Assembly (NCBI GenBank): GCA_016125475.1
Contig: WGLR01000008.1
Coordinates: 137,723 to 201,722, forward strand
Direction of reading: 5' to 3'
Source: Betaproteobacteria bacterium
Lineage (GTDB): Bacteria > Pseudomonadota > Gammaproteobacteria > Burkholderiales > Ga0077523
Length of the DNA stretch: 64,000 nt
Below the pieces are notes generated by a model that made no database searches, was not told where the DNA came from, and saw nothing but the letters and a program-made list of their open reading frames with translations. How positions within the stretch are numbered: the stretch's first letter is position 1; each line of letters opens with the position of its first letter. Made by a program: the position numbers and the translations under genes. Positions 22,798 to 33,614 of this stretch are shown piece by piece.

Positions 22798-23263
22798 GCT
22801 GCCCGTCCATGAAATCCTGCAGGATCTGCTGCGCCGCCACCGCGTCGAGATGGCGTTTCTGGCGAACGCCGCGCACGCCGGTCTCCGCGAGGGCCAGACC
22901 GGCCGCGTGCGAGCTCAGGGATTCGTCCACGAACCGGAGGGGTACCCGGTAGCGGTCGTGCAGCCGTCCCGCCCAGGCCCTGATCGTGTCCGCGAGCCTG
23001 TGCGGCCTGCCGTCGTCCGTGGTCGGCATGCCGACCACGAACATGACCGGCTCCCATTCGGAGACGAGCCGGTCGAGATCCCGCTCGAGAGCGTGCCCGT
23101 CGCCCGATGCGAGCGTCACGAGGGGATGCGCGACGCCGAGAGCGAGATCCCCCACGGCGACCCCCGTACGCTTCAGGCCGAAATCGAATGCGAGCACCGT
23201 GCCGCTCGCGGGCACGGCCGCCGCGCCGTCGTCAGGTTTCGAGGCGAGGGTCCCGGGGTTCAC
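22784..23263 (-). CDS. ruvX: putative pre-16S rRNA nuclease / Holliday junction resolvase-like YqgF
   Basis: [17 protein letters not shown] is the N-terminal motif. GTG 23263 overlaps the yqgE stop (GTGA). The rest of ORF 22784..23944 is read-through of the yqgE antisense frame. Confidence 0.85.
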   Translation of the reverse strand: MNPGTLASKPDDGAAAVPASGTVLAFDFGLKRTGVAVGDLALGVAHPLVTLASGDGHALERDLDRLVSEWEPVMFVVGMPTTDDGRPHRLADTIRAWAGRLHDRYRVPLRFVDESLSSHAAGLALAETGVRGVRQKRHLDAVAAQQILQDFMDGQHAIA

Positions 23264-23820
23264 GCGTGACCCGCCTCGTCCGACAGAAAGGCGGGCGAGA
23301 TTCCGAGAAGGTCCATCGCGGCAGCGAAGCGTTCCTCGGGCTGCATGCCGAAGATGAGCCCGGGCCGGGCGACGACGGTGAGCCACGCGTTCTGCTTGAT
23401 CTCCTCCTCGAGCTGCCCCGGCGCCCAGCCGGCGTACCCGAGGCTCACGAGCAGGTCTTCGGGTCCGCGGCCCTCCGCGACCGCCTGGAGAATGTCGCGG
23501 GAGGTCGTGAGACCGATCTCGTCCGCGACGGCCAGCGTCGACTGCCATTCTCCCAGGGGCCGGTGCAGCACGAACCCGCGATCGACCTGCACGGGGCCGC
23601 CGTAATAAACGGGCTGGTTCAGCAATTCGTTGTCGGTCAGATCCAGCTCGATCTGGGCGAACAGTGCCCCGAGCGTCATGTCGATGGGACGATTGACCAC
23701 CACCCCCAGCGCGCCCTGCTCGTTGTGCTCGCAGACATACGTCAGAGTCTTCGAGAAATTGGGGTCCGCCATGCTGGGCATGGCGATCAGGAAATGATGG
23801 GTGAAATTGATCGTTTGCAT
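23260..23820 (-). CDS. yqgE: YqgE/AlgH family protein
   Basis: [38 protein letters not shown] is the typical UPF0301 signature. Confidence 0.9.
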   Translation of the reverse strand: MQTINFTHHFLIAMPSMADPNFSKTLTYVCEHNEQGALGVVVNRPIDMTLGALFAQIELDLTDNELLNQPVYYGGPVQVDRGFVLHRPLGEWQSTLAVADEIGLTTSRDILQAVAEGRGPEDLLVSLGYAGWAPGQLEEEIKQNAWLTVVARPGLIFGMQPEERFAAAMDLLGISPAFLSDEAGHA

Positions 23821-23934
23821 CGGTTTGCGCCGAGTGGCCTATTCTAGACCGGAAATCCGCCGGTCCCTCCGGTTCGCCCACGTCATCGCATCGGCTCCGC
23901 GGGCGGCCATCGGAATCGATGGAAGCGTCTCGGG

Positions 23935-24570
23935 ATGCTAACATCCGCCCCGCTTCGCCGGGACCTCCAGCGCTCCGTCCGACCCCTAGAAAGGCTCAAG
24001 AATCTGGCTACCGAGCAGGAAATTGCCAATTTTCTCGCAAGCGTGGAACGTCGTGCGTTCAAGCATGCGGTATTCGCTGTCCGCGACGATCATCTCGCCC
24101 TGGACCTCGTCCAGGACTCGATGCTGAAGCTCGCCGAGAAGTACGCGGACAAGCCTGCCCCGGAACTGCCCCTGCTTTTCCAGCGAATACTCCAGAACAC
24201 GATCCGGGATCACTTTCGTCGCCAGAAGGTCCGGAATCTCTGGAGCACGCTGCTGTCCTCCCTCGGCTCCGGACCCGAGGATGACGACTCCGATCCGCTC
24301 GAGCACATCGAAGTCACCGAGGGCAGCAACCGGGATGGCGGGCCTGCCGAACAGGTCGAGCGTGCCCAGGTCGCCGGCATGATCGGGGAGGCCATCGAAA
24401 AGCTCCCCACGCGTCAACGGGAGGCATTTTTGCTCCGTTATTGGGAAGAACTGGATGTCGCGGAAACGGCTGAAGCAATGGGTTGCTCGGAAGGCAGTGT
24501 GAAGACGCATTGCTCGCGGGCAACGCATGCCATTGCGGCATTTCTGCGGAAAAGGGGTATCGAGCCATGA
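23935..24570 (+). CDS. ECF-type RNA polymerase sigma factor
   Basis: Sigma70 region 2 (LDLVQDSMLKLAEKY...) and region 4 (QREAFLLRYWEELDVAETAEAMGCSEGSVKTHCSRA) are present. The true start may lie downstream near LATEQEIANFL. Confidence 0.85.
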   Translation: MLTSAPLRRDLQRSVRPLERLKNLATEQEIANFLASVERRAFKHAVFAVRDDHLALDLVQDSMLKLAEKYADKPAPELPLLFQRILQNTIRDHFRRQKVRNLWSTLLSSLGSGPEDDDSDPLEHIEVTEGSNRDGGPAEQVERAQVAGMIGEAIEKLPTRQREAFLLRYWEELDVAETAEAMGCSEGSVKTHCSRATHAIAAFLRKRGIEP

Positions 24571-24944
24571 ACGAACACGAGGTGGGGGCACGCGTCGCCC
24601 AATATCTCGACGACACAGTGGCCGACCTGGATCCCCGAATCCTGCGCCGCCTTCAGACTGCTCGCGAGAGTGCGGTCGTTCGCGCTCGCGAGCGCGAGGC
24701 CGCAGGTCGTATCGGCTGGTCGTCCGGCGGCGCACATCTGTCCGGTCACTCGCGCTTCGGCGCAGCGAAGATCCTGGTCCCGGCCACGGCACTCCTGGTG
24801 GCCCTTGTCGGCATCTACGTCTGGCAAGAGTCGATGTTTCCTCCGGAGACGGAAGAGCTGGAGCTCCTGGCGGATGAGCTCCCCCTCAATGCCTACCTCG
24901 ACAAGGGTTTTCATCAATGGATTTCCGCATCGCTGCAGGACTAG
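24567..24944 (+). CDS. DUF3619-like single-pass membrane protein (candidate anti-sigma partner)
   Basis: Its ATG overlaps the sigma factor stop (ATGA). It has a cytoplasmic N-domain, one TM segment (ILVPATALLVALVGIYVW) and a short periplasmic tail. Confidence 0.7.
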   Translation: MNEHEVGARVAQYLDDTVADLDPRILRRLQTARESAVVRAREREAAGRIGWSSGGAHLSGHSRFGAAKILVPATALLVALVGIYVWQESMFPPETEELELLADELPLNAYLDKGFHQWISASLQD

Positions 24945-25345
24945 CCTTCGTCGGCTTGCTCACCGTAGGCCCGACGGCCGGCCACGCCGAGGGGACCTTC
25001 TCCGCCCCGACATGGGGCCAGCTGAGCACCCAGCAAAAGGAAATCCTCCAGCCCTTCGAGCGTGACTGGGACTCGCTCGAACCCGAACGTCGCGAGCGCT
25101 GGCTCGTGATCGCGCAGAAATATCCCTCGCTCAGTCGGGCACAGCAGCGCCGGATCCAGAACCGGATGCAGCACTGGGCGTCCCTCACCCCTCAGCAGCG
25201 GGCGGAAGCCAAGGAAATCTTCAAGCAGATCCAGCACCTGCCGAAGGACAAGCGGCGCGAGATCCTGCAGAAGTGGCTCGAATACGAACAGTTCCCGCCC
25301 GAACTCAAGGACGCGTTGCGGGACGCCCGGACACGCCACCCGTGA
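24917..25345 (+). CDS. DUF3106-like periplasmic repeat protein
   Basis: It has a signal peptide and repeated W..L.pqq+...... units (WGQLSTQQKEIL, WDSLEPERRERW, WASLTPQQRAEA). It overlaps the preceding gene by 28 nt. Confidence 0.7.
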   Translation: MDFRIAAGLAFVGLLTVGPTAGHAEGTFSAPTWGQLSTQQKEILQPFERDWDSLEPERRERWLVIAQKYPSLSRAQQRRIQNRMQHWASLTPQQRAEAKEIFKQIQHLPKDKRREILQKWLEYEQFPPELKDALRDARTRHP

Positions 25346-25830
25346 GCGGCGCACAACCCGCCGCCACCGATTCCTCCCCCCCCCCACCCGGGGGAAGCGG
25401 CGACGTGCCGCATGGCAACGCCAACGCTCGCCTCTGGCCGCGGTTCGGAGCCTTCGTCTACGACGGGATGCTGATGTTCGGCCTGACCTTCGTGGCCTCG
25501 TGGGCATTCACCGTGCTGCTCGGGGATGCGACCCACGGCCCGCTGCGCGTCGTGTACCAGCTGTATCTCGTCGTCGTGGCCGGCGCGTATTTCGTCTATT
25601 GCTGGCACCGGACCGGACAGACGCTCGCGATGAAGACCTGGGGGCTGAGGGTCGTCGGACCAGCGGGGCGCCCTCTCTCGATCGGACGGGCGACCCTCCG
25701 CTACGTCCTGGCACTCGCGGGGCTGCTCGCTTTCGGCCTGACCTTCTGGTGGGCCCTGCTGGATCGCGAGAGGCAGTTCCTGCACGACAGGGTGCTCCGT
25801 ACGCGCGTCGTCCGCGCGCCCACGAGCTGA
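25342..25830 (+). CDS. RDD family membrane protein
   Basis: The GTG start overlaps the previous stop (GTGA). RFGAFVYDGMLMFGL and the later RQFLHDR are typical RDD features. There are 3 TM segments. Confidence 0.75.
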   Translation: MSGAQPAATDSSPPPPGGSGDVPHGNANARLWPRFGAFVYDGMLMFGLTFVASWAFTVLLGDATHGPLRVVYQLYLVVVAGAYFVYCWHRTGQTLAMKTWGLRVVGPAGRPLSIGRATLRYVLALAGLLAFGLTFWWALLDRERQFLHDRVLRTRVVRAPTS

Positions 25831-25846
25831 CCCGGGGCGGCCGGCC

Positions 25847-26923
25847 CTACCGTCTCTCCACCTTCCAGAGCAGTACGCCGCCGGCGAGGAGGAACAGCAG
25901 CGTCGGAAATGCCGCGCTGAACAGTGGCGGCCACGCGTTCAGCAGTCCGAGGTGTCCGAACAGACGCGATATCAGGTGGAATCCGAGGCCCAGCATGATG
26001 CCGACGAACAGCTTGCCGCTGATGCCCCCTTCCCTCACGCGCACGTAGCCGAACGGCAGGGCGAGGATCATCATCACGATGACGGCGACCGGGTAGGTGA
26101 TCTTCGAATACAGCGCGATCTCGTGCCGCGAAGTGGCCTGGTGGTTTTCGCGGAGGTGGCCGATGTAGGTGTACAGGTCCGCCAGGGACATCCGCTCGGG
26201 CACCACCATCAGCACATTGAGGATGGAGGGGTTCAGGACCGAACGCCAGGTCGATTCGGCCTCGTGCCCGGCCTCGGTGTGATCGCCGAAGAAGCGCGTT
26301 CGCGCGACATCCTTCAGCAACCACCGGTCACTGCCCTGGTACTCGCCCGTTCGCGCCTCGCTTATGGCCCGCAGCCGGTAGTTGTCGTCGAATTCGTAGA
26401 TGCGCACCGAACTCAGCACGGCATCCGTGCTCACCTGCGCCACGTTCACGAAGCTGTTGAAGTCCTTGACCCAGAGGCCCGACCGGAATTCCTGGGCCAC
26501 GACACGGGTGTTGGTGGCACGCAGCAGCAGTCTCTGGGCGGCCGTCTCCGAGTAGGGCACGACGAACTCCCCGATCATGAAGGTGACCGCCGCGAACGCC
26601 ATGCCGAGCGGGAGGATCGTCGCGATCATCCTGAATGCCGACACGCCCGAGACCCGCATGACGGTGTATTCGGAATGGGCCACCATCTGCGCGAGCGCGA
26701 ACAGCGTCCCGAGCAGCGCCGCGATGGGAAACAGCTCGTAGATGTGCCCCGGGATCGACAGCGCCACTTTCAGCAGGGCGAGCATCAGCCGGTACTTGCC
26801 GCGCCCCACGTCGCCCAGTTCCTGGATGAAGTCGAAGAACGAGAAGAGCATCAGCAGCGCAACCATCACGAGCACCGTCGACGTGAGGATCTGACGCGTG
26901 ACGTACCGGCGCACCGTCTTCAT
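25847..26923 (-). CDS. lptG: LPS export ABC transporter permease LptG
   Basis: MKTVRRYVTRQILTSTVLV starts a YjgP/YjgQ-family product. The ATG overlaps the lptF stop. It is downstream of lptF and divergent from pepA, as in E. coli. Confidence 0.9.
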   Translation of the reverse strand: MKTVRRYVTRQILTSTVLVMVALLMLFSFFDFIQELGDVGRGKYRLMLALLKVALSIPGHIYELFPIAALLGTLFALAQMVAHSEYTVMRVSGVSAFRMIATILPLGMAFAAVTFMIGEFVVPYSETAAQRLLLRATNTRVVAQEFRSGLWVKDFNSFVNVAQVSTDAVLSSVRIYEFDDNYRLRAISEARTGEYQGSDRWLLKDVARTRFFGDHTEAGHEAESTWRSVLNPSILNVLMVVPERMSLADLYTYIGHLRENHQATSRHEIALYSKITYPVAVIVMMILALPFGYVRVREGGISGKLFVGIMLGLGFHLISRLFGHLGLLNAWPPLFSAAFPTLLFLLAGGVLLWKVERR

Positions 26924-28002
26924 CGCCGACTCCTGGCGAGCAGCGGCCGGACCGAGATTCTCCTCCACAGCAGGAAGGCGAGCAGGACGAGCATCGCTCC
27001 GTGAACGCCGGTCCAGCCCAGCCAGGTCGGCAATCTTCCCTGGCTCACCCAGGACTGGAAGATCGACAGCAGGTTGCTGTAGACCATGTAGATCAGCATC
27101 GCGAGGATGAGATTGAGCGAGCGCCCGGCCCGCGGATTGACGAAGCTCATCGGGATCGCGAGCAGCGAGAGGATAAGCGCGCTCACGGGAATCCCCACGC
27201 GCCAGGTGAGTTCGGCCTGATTTCTCGCAGTGGGATCACGTACCAGATCCAGCGAAGGCACGGAACTGATCGAGGGCACGAACTTGCCCGATTCCTTGGT
27301 CTCGATGCGCACGGCGTAGCGGCCGAACTCCGTGATCCGGTAGTCGGCCGAGCCGGGCCGACCCTCGTAGCGCCGACCGTTGAGCAGAACGAGAAAGCGG
27401 TCCCCGTTGGGCGCGGTTTCGGCGTGCCCCCGCGCAGCCACCATGACCCCCGTACGCCCGTTCTGCTTCGAATACACGAATATGTTGGACACCATGGACA
27501 GGTCGGCGGTGAGCTTCTCGACGAAGTAGACGCGGTCAGCGTCCCTCGACTCCTTGAACACGCCGGGCGAGATGGCCGAGACGTCGTCCCGATTCTCCAG
27601 CTGGTGACGATAGACCTCGGCCTTCCGCACGGACCACGGCGAGAGCACGAGTGACAGCACGGCGATCGTGACGACGAACGGCAGGCAGAACGTCAGTACC
27701 GGCCGTACCCAGGCCGCGAGACTGCGGCCAGACGTGAACCAGACGACCATCTCCGAGTCGCGGTAGCTGCGCGTGAGCGCCGTGAGCACGGAGATGAACA
27801 CCGTGAGCGCGAGCAGGATGGGAAGATAACGAAGCGCGGCCAGCGACAGCAGCACGAGAACGCCGTCAGGGGGGATCATCCCCTGGGCAGCCCATCCCAG
27901 CATGCGGATGAGCTGGGTGGTCACCGTGATCATGAGCAGCACCGCGAACACGACTACACCGGTATTCGTGAACTCACGCAGTAGAGCGCGGTGAAAGATC
28001 AC
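26920..28002 (-). CDS. lptF: LPS export ABC transporter permease LptF
   Basis: It is a YjgP/YjgQ-family protein. I chose GTG 28002 (xIFHRALLREF) by analogy to the usual MIFxRYLxRE start. The track ORF begins at TTG 28053. Confidence 0.88.
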   Translation of the reverse strand: MIFHRALLREFTNTGVVVFAVLLMITVTTQLIRMLGWAAQGMIPPDGVLVLLSLAALRYLPILLALTVFISVLTALTRSYRDSEMVVWFTSGRSLAAWVRPVLTFCLPFVVTIAVLSLVLSPWSVRKAEVYRHQLENRDDVSAISPGVFKESRDADRVYFVEKLTADLSMVSNIFVYSKQNGRTGVMVAARGHAETAPNGDRFLVLLNGRRYEGRPGSADYRITEFGRYAVRIETKESGKFVPSISSVPSLDLVRDPTARNQAELTWRVGIPVSALILSLLAIPMSFVNPRAGRSLNLILAMLIYMVYSNLLSIFQSWVSQGRLPTWLGWTGVHGAMLVLLAFLLWRRISVRPLLARSRR

Positions 28003-28071
28003 GGCTTTGACTTTTCTCTGACGCGGCGGGGATAATTTTCGAGCGGGCGCCAACCGGCGGCGCCCTCCTCA

Positions 28072-29577
28072 ATGCTAACAGGAGCGCTCGTGGAATTCAG
28101 CCTAAAACACACTTCTGCCGACCGCGCGCGGAGCGCGTGCATCGTCGTCGGGATCTATGAAGGTGGCAAGATGTCTCCGTCGGCGAAGGCCGTCGACAAG
28201 GCCTCGTCAGGCTATCTCGCGACACTCGCGCGTCGCGGCGACATCAGGACGAAGGCCGGGGACTGCACGCTTCTCCACTCGGTCCCCGAGGTCGGCGCCA
28301 CCCGCGTGCTGGTCGTCGGCCTGGGCAAGGCCGATCAGCTGGGACTGAAGGGTTTCCGGGACGCCGTCGCCGCCGCGGTCAAGACCGCGGCGAGTTCGGG
28401 GGCGCACGAGATGCTCCTTTTCAGCCTGGAGTGGGAGAGCGGGGACATGGCGCCGGCCGACCGCGCGATGCACTCCGTCCTGGTTACCGGCGACGTCTCC
28501 TATCGCTTCGACCGCTTCAAGAGCAGGAAGCCGGACGGTGGCGCAACCCTCTCCAGGCTCGTGATCGGAGCGTCCGGAAAGCCTTCGGCCGCCGAAGACC
28601 GCGCCGTCGCTGAGGCTGCAGCGCTCGTGGAGGGCGTGTCGCTCGCGAAGGACCTCGGCAACCTGCCCAGCAACGTGTGCACGCCGTCGTACCTCGCCGC
28701 CACCGCACGCGGCATCGGCAAGGAGCACAAGTTCAAGGTGACCGTGCTCGAACGCCGGGACATCGAGAAGCTCGGCATGGGGTCGTTCCTGTCGGTGACC
28801 AGCGGCACGCAGGAACCGCCGAAATTCATCGTGATGGAGTACTCCGGCGGCAAGAAGAAGGACAAGCCCGTCGTGCTGGTCGGCAAGGGCATCACGTTCG
28901 ACACGGGCGGCATCTCGCTGAAACCCTCGGCGGACATGGACGAGATGAAGTACGACATGTCCGGGGCAGGCAGCGTCCTCGGCACCATGAAGGCCGTCGC
29001 CGGGATGAAACTGCCCGTCAACGTGGTGGCGCTCGTTCCGACGTGCGAGAACATGCCGAGCGGAACGGCCACCAAGCCGGGCGACATCGTCACGTCGATG
29101 TCGGGGCAGACGATCGAGATCCTGAACACGGACGCGGAAGGTCGCCTGATCCTCTGCGACGCACTCACGTACGCCGAGCGCTATGACCCGAGCGCGGTCA
29201 TCGACGTCGCGACCCTCACCGGCGCATGCGTGATCGCACTCGGCCACGTGGTCACCGGCATGTACGCGAACAGGCCGGAACTCGCGGCGGAACTCGAGGC
29301 GGCGGGTTCGTCGATCTGGGATCGTGTCTGGCACATGCCGCTTCTCGACGACTACCAGGAACAGCTGAAGAGCCCGTTCGCAGACATCGCCAATATCGGC
29401 GGTCGCCCCGCCGGAAGCGTGACGGCTGCGTGTTTCCTTGCCCGTTTTGCGGAGAAGTACGCGTGGGCTCACCTGGACATCGCGGGCACGGCCTGGAAAT
29501 CGGGGCGCCACAAGGGTTCCACGGGGCGGCCCGTGCCACTGCTCACATCGTTCCTGATGCGTCACGCGAGCCGGTGA
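28072..29577 (+). CDS. pepA: leucyl aminopeptidase (M17)
   Basis: VGKGITFDTGGISLKP and NTDAEGRL motifs are present. GTG 28090 (xEFSLK) is an alternative start. Confidence 0.95.
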   Translation: MLTGALVEFSLKHTSADRARSACIVVGIYEGGKMSPSAKAVDKASSGYLATLARRGDIRTKAGDCTLLHSVPEVGATRVLVVGLGKADQLGLKGFRDAVAAAVKTAASSGAHEMLLFSLEWESGDMAPADRAMHSVLVTGDVSYRFDRFKSRKPDGGATLSRLVIGASGKPSAAEDRAVAEAAALVEGVSLAKDLGNLPSNVCTPSYLAATARGIGKEHKFKVTVLERRDIEKLGMGSFLSVTSGTQEPPKFIVMEYSGGKKKDKPVVLVGKGITFDTGGISLKPSADMDEMKYDMSGAGSVLGTMKAVAGMKLPVNVVALVPTCENMPSGTATKPGDIVTSMSGQTIEILNTDAEGRLILCDALTYAERYDPSAVIDVATLTGACVIALGHVVTGMYANRPELAAELEAAGSSIWDRVWHMPLLDDYQEQLKSPFADIANIGGRPAGSVTAACFLARFAEKYAWAHLDIAGTAWKSGRHKGSTGRPVPLLTSFLMRHASR

Positions 29578-29588
29578 CCGACGCACCG

Positions 29589-30017
29589 ATGACGCGCATC
29601 GACTTCTACACGCGCGCGCCGAACAAGCTCCGGACCGCGTGCAGCCTGTGCCACAAGGCCGTCTCGCGCGGCATGCGCGTGGCCGTGCTGACACCCGACG
29701 CGGCCACAACGGAAGCCGTCGGCCGGGAATTGTGGAGCGTGCCGCCCACGGGGTTTCTCCCGCACGTACGCGCCCGTCACAGGCTCGCGGGCGTGACCCC
29801 CGTCATCGTGGATCACGATCTCGCGGAGCTGGACCGCGACGAGGTGCTGGTCAACCTGCGCCTCGACACGCCCGATGTCTTCAGCCGTTTCCACCGGCTC
29901 GTGGAAATCGTTTCGCTGGACGAGGAGGACCTCGTCGCGGGTCGGCTGCGGTACCGCTTCTATCGCGACCGTGGTTACGACATACATTCCCACGATCTGA
30001 GCAGGAGCCCGACGTGA
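29589..30017 (+). CDS. holC: DNA polymerase III subunit chi
   Basis: MTRIDFYTRAPNK..., a length of 142 aa and the position between pepA and valS all fit. I chose an internal ATG of ORF 29226..30017. Confidence 0.85.
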   Translation: MTRIDFYTRAPNKLRTACSLCHKAVSRGMRVAVLTPDAATTEAVGRELWSVPPTGFLPHVRARHRLAGVTPVIVDHDLAELDRDEVLVNLRLDTPDVFSRFHRLVEIVSLDEEDLVAGRLRYRFYRDRGYDIHSHDLSRSPT

Positions 30018-30529
30018 CCGACCGGCCGACGATCGGCTCCGAGGACGGGCAACCGGACGAGGATCCCGTACTGGACCGCGTGGAATCACTGATTCGCCGC
30101 CACAAGGGCGTGCACGAGCGCTGGCTTCCGGCCGCCCTGCCGACGGAAACCGACGAGACGCCGATCCCCACCCTCACGGATCTCGTGAGTCCGGGTGCCC
30201 GCACGTCCGAGCCGTCGTGCAGCGACGCGCGCGATCCCGCGCCGCCAGTGACACGGCAGCAGACCCAGGATCTGGAAAACGAGGTCTATCGCCGCCTCCA
30301 GGACCGACTCGACCGGGAAATCGGCGCACTCCTGGAACGGCGAGTCATGCCGGAGCTGGCGGGCTCTCTTGACTATGCGCTGAACCACATCGCCCGGGAG
30401 CTGAAGGGCAGCGTGCGGCAACTGGTGCGCGAGGCGATCGAGGAAACGCTCAACAGCCGTGTCAGGAACCTGGCGCTACCTCTCGACGACGCGTCGCACG
30501 AAGCCCCGCCGGGTTCCGGGGAGTCATAG
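30014..30529 (+). CDS. hypothetical acidic protein, translationally coupled to holC
   Basis: The GTG start overlaps the holC stop (GTGA). The 171-aa product is D/E/P-rich at the N-terminus with a predicted helical C-terminal half. I recognise no family. Confidence 0.5.
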   Translation: MTDRPTIGSEDGQPDEDPVLDRVESLIRRHKGVHERWLPAALPTETDETPIPTLTDLVSPGARTSEPSCSDARDPAPPVTRQQTQDLENEVYRRLQDRLDREIGALLERRVMPELAGSLDYALNHIARELKGSVRQLVREAIEETLNSRVRNLALPLDDASHEAPPGSGES

Positions 30530-30663
30530 CAGGCCGGACGCGAGAGCACGCGTCGCCCGGACCGTCGACCGGTCATGGGAAACGAGCGTCCCGTCGAAGG
30601 CCGGAGATGTAATGATGCCCGCTATAATCGGGCCCCGTTGTCTGTCCCCATCCGTAGGCCCAC

Positions 30664-33480
30664 ATGGACCTCCCCAAGAGTTTTGAGCCGGCCGAGATCG
30701 AGCGCCGGTGGTATCCCTTCTGGGAATCGCAGGGTTATTTCGGCGCGGCCTATGCGCCCGACAAGGCCGGATTCTGCATCCAGCTCCCGCCTCCGAACGT
30801 GACCGGCACGCTCCACATGGGGCACGCGTTCAATCAGACGATCATGGACGCGCTGACGCGCTATCACCGGATGCTCGGCCTGAACACGCTGTGGCTGCCG
30901 GGCACGGATCACGCCGGCATCGCCACGCAGATCGTCGTGGAACGTCAGCTCGAGACGGCCGGCACCAGTCGTCGCGACCTGGGTCGCGACGCGTTCATCC
31001 AGAAGGTGTGGGCCTGGCGGGAAGAGTCCGGCACGACGATCACCCGGCAGATGCGTCGCCTTGGAGACTCGTGCGACTGGAAGCGCGAATATTTCACGAT
31101 GGACGCGAAGCTCTCGCACGTCGTGACCGAAACCTTCGTGCGGCTCTTCGAACAGGGCCTCATCTACCGCGGCAAGCGGCTCGTGAACTGGGATCCGGTC
31201 CTGCGAACGGCAGTGTCCGACCTCGAAGTCGAGAGCGAGGAGGAAGACGGCCGGATCTGGAACATCCTCTACCCGTTCGCGGACGGCCCCCAGGACGGTC
31301 TGCCCGGACTCACGGTGGCCACGACGCGCCCCGAGACGATGCTCGGTGACGTGGCCGTCGCGGTCAATCCGGACGACGACCGTTACAGACACCTCGTCGG
31401 CAAGCGTCTCGTGCTCCCGCTCACCGGCAAGACCATCCCGGTCATCGCGGACGAATACGTCGACCGGGAGTTCGGCACCGGCTGCGTGAAGATCACGCCG
31501 GCGCACGACTTCAACGACTATGCCGTCGGCACCCGTCACGACCTGCCGCTGATCAACATCTTCACGCTCGACGCGAAGATCAACGACAACGGTCCCGCGG
31601 ACTATCGCGGTCTGGATCGCTACGATGCGCGGAAGGCGATCGTCGCCGATCTCGACTCGCAGGGGCTGATCCAGGGCGTCAAGGCGCACCGGATGATGGT
31701 CCCGCGCTGCGCGCGAACCAGTGCCGTGGTCGAGCCGATGCTCACGGACCAGTGGTTCGTGGCCATGTCCAGGCCCGCCCCCGACGGCACGCTGCATCCG
31801 GGGCGTTCCATCGCGGAGGTGGCACTCGACGTCGTACGCAAGGGCGACGTGACGTTTTTCCCCGAGAACTGGGTGAGCGTCTACAACCAGTGGCTCACGA
31901 ACATCCAGGACTGGTGCATCTCGCGCCAGCTGTGGTGGGGCCACCAGATTCCCGCCTGGTACGACGCGGACGGCAACGTGTATGTCGCGCGGGACGAGGA
32001 TCACGCGCGCGAACTGGCACGTCAGGCAGGTCGCGACGGTCCCCTGACCCGCGACGAGGACGTGCTCGACACCTGGTTCTCTTCCGCACTGGTCTGCCAC
32101 TCGACGCTCGGCTGGCCATCGCCCGAAGGCGAGGACGAGAAGGCGTTCGACCTCTACCTGCCTTCGACCGTGCTCGTCACGGGATTCGACATCATCTTCT
32201 TCTGGGTCGCCCGGATGATCATGATGACGACTCATTTCACGGGCCGTGTCCCGTTTCGCCATGTCTACATCCACGGCCTCATCCGGGATGCGGAAGGCAA
32301 GAAGATGTCGAAATCGGAGGGCAACACGCTCGACCCCGTCGACCTGATCGACGGCATCGGGCTCGACGCACTGGTCGCGAAGCGGACGACGGGGCTGCGC
32401 AAGCCCGAGGACGCACCACGGATCGAAGCGAAGACCCGCAAGGAGTTTCCTGACGGAATTCCGGCGTTCGGCGCCGACGCGCTGCGCTTCACGATGGCCG
32501 CGTACGCGACGCTGGGACGCAATATCAACTTCGACCTGAAGCGCTGCGAGGGGTACCGGAACTTCTGCAACAAGCTCTGGAACGCGACCCGCTTCGTTTT
32601 GATGAACACGGAAGGCGAGGACTGCGGACGGGACGAAGGGGCCTCCGTGTCGCTCTCCCACCCGGACCGCTGGATCGTGAGCGCGCTGCAGCGTACCGAG
32701 GCGGAGGTCGCGAAGGGCTTCGCCGATTACCGCCTCGACAATGTCGCAACGGCTCTGTACCGGTTCATCTGGGACGAATACTGCGACTGGTACCTCGAAC
32801 TCGCCAAGGTGCAGATGCAGAGCGGAGACGACGCACAGCAGCGAGGCACGAGGCAGACGCTGGTGCGGGTGCTCGAGGCCGTCCTGCGTCTGGCGCATCC
32901 TGTCATCCCCTTCATCACCGAGGAACTCTGGCAGAAGGTCGCGCCGCTGGCCGGCAGGCAGGGACCGAGCATCTGCATGGCGCCGTTCCCGCGTTCGGAA
33001 GAACACAGGATCGACGCGGCCGCCGAAGCCTGGGTAGCACGGCTCAAGGGTATCGTGGATGCCAGCCGCAACCTGCGGGGCGAGATGAACATCGGTCCGG
33101 GAGAGCGTGTCCCGCTCCACGTCGCGACCCCGGAGGACTTCGCGGCCTTCGTCCCGTACGTGAAGGCGCTGTCTCGCCTCTCCGAGGTTCAGGTTGCCCC
33201 TTCGCTGCCGGACGTCGAAGCGCCGGTTGCCGTCGTCGGAGAGACCCGTCTCCTGTTGCACGTGAAGGTGGATGTGGCAGCGGAGCGCGAGCGGCTCGCG
33301 AAGGAGATCGCCCGGGTGGAAGCCGAACTCGCCAGGGCACAGGGCAAGCTCGCGAACCGGGCTTTCGTCGACAAGGCACCGGAGAAGGTCGTGGCGCAGG
33401 AACGCGAACGCGCAGCCGCTTTCGAGGCAACACTCGCGAAGCTGCGTCCCCAGCTCGAGAGACTGGGCAGGCACGGCTGA
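30664..33480 (+). CDS. valS: valine--tRNA ligase
   Basis: 938 aa with a HIGH motif ([12 protein letters not shown]), KMSKS and a C-terminal coiled coil. Confidence 0.98.
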   Translation: MDLPKSFEPAEIERRWYPFWESQGYFGAAYAPDKAGFCIQLPPPNVTGTLHMGHAFNQTIMDALTRYHRMLGLNTLWLPGTDHAGIATQIVVERQLETAGTSRRDLGRDAFIQKVWAWREESGTTITRQMRRLGDSCDWKREYFTMDAKLSHVVTETFVRLFEQGLIYRGKRLVNWDPVLRTAVSDLEVESEEEDGRIWNILYPFADGPQDGLPGLTVATTRPETMLGDVAVAVNPDDDRYRHLVGKRLVLPLTGKTIPVIADEYVDREFGTGCVKITPAHDFNDYAVGTRHDLPLINIFTLDAKINDNGPADYRGLDRYDARKAIVADLDSQGLIQGVKAHRMMVPRCARTSAVVEPMLTDQWFVAMSRPAPDGTLHPGRSIAEVALDVVRKGDVTFFPENWVSVYNQWLTNIQDWCISRQLWWGHQIPAWYDADGNVYVARDEDHARELARQAGRDGPLTRDEDVLDTWFSSALVCHSTLGWPSPEGEDEKAFDLYLPSTVLVTGFDIIFFWVARMIMMTTHFTGRVPFRHVYIHGLIRDAEGKKMSKSEGNTLDPVDLIDGIGLDALVAKRTTGLRKPEDAPRIEAKTRKEFPDGIPAFGADALRFTMAAYATLGRNINFDLKRCEGYRNFCNKLWNATRFVLMNTEGEDCGRDEGASVSLSHPDRWIVSALQRTEAEVAKGFADYRLDNVATALYRFIWDEYCDWYLELAKVQMQSGDDAQQRGTRQTLVRVLEAVLRLAHPVIPFITEELWQKVAPLAGRQGPSICMAPFPRSEEHRIDAAAEAWVARLKGIVDASRNLRGEMNIGPGERVPLHVATPEDFAAFVPYVKALSRLSEVQVAPSLPDVEAPVAVVGETRLLLHVKVDVAAERERLAKEIARVEAELARAQGKLANRAFVDKAPEKVVAQERERAAAFEATLAKLRPQLERLGRHG

Positions 33481-33614
33481 TCGCCGTCCGGGCGGCAATG
33501 CGCGCGACCGGCAGTGCACCCGTTCACGCCTGACGGTCACCGCTTTCCGCGCGCGCCAATAGGCTTTCGGCACGCCGCCCTGGCGTGCCAGCCGTGCGCC
33601 TCCTCCTGCGGGTG

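Noticed and set aside
30622-33573. 983-aa ORF on the minus strand spanning the whole valS locus
   Set aside because: It lies antisense to an unmistakable valS (HIGH/KMSKS). It has an R/G/P/A-rich, low-complexity composition typical of high-GC shadow frames and no recognisable motifs.
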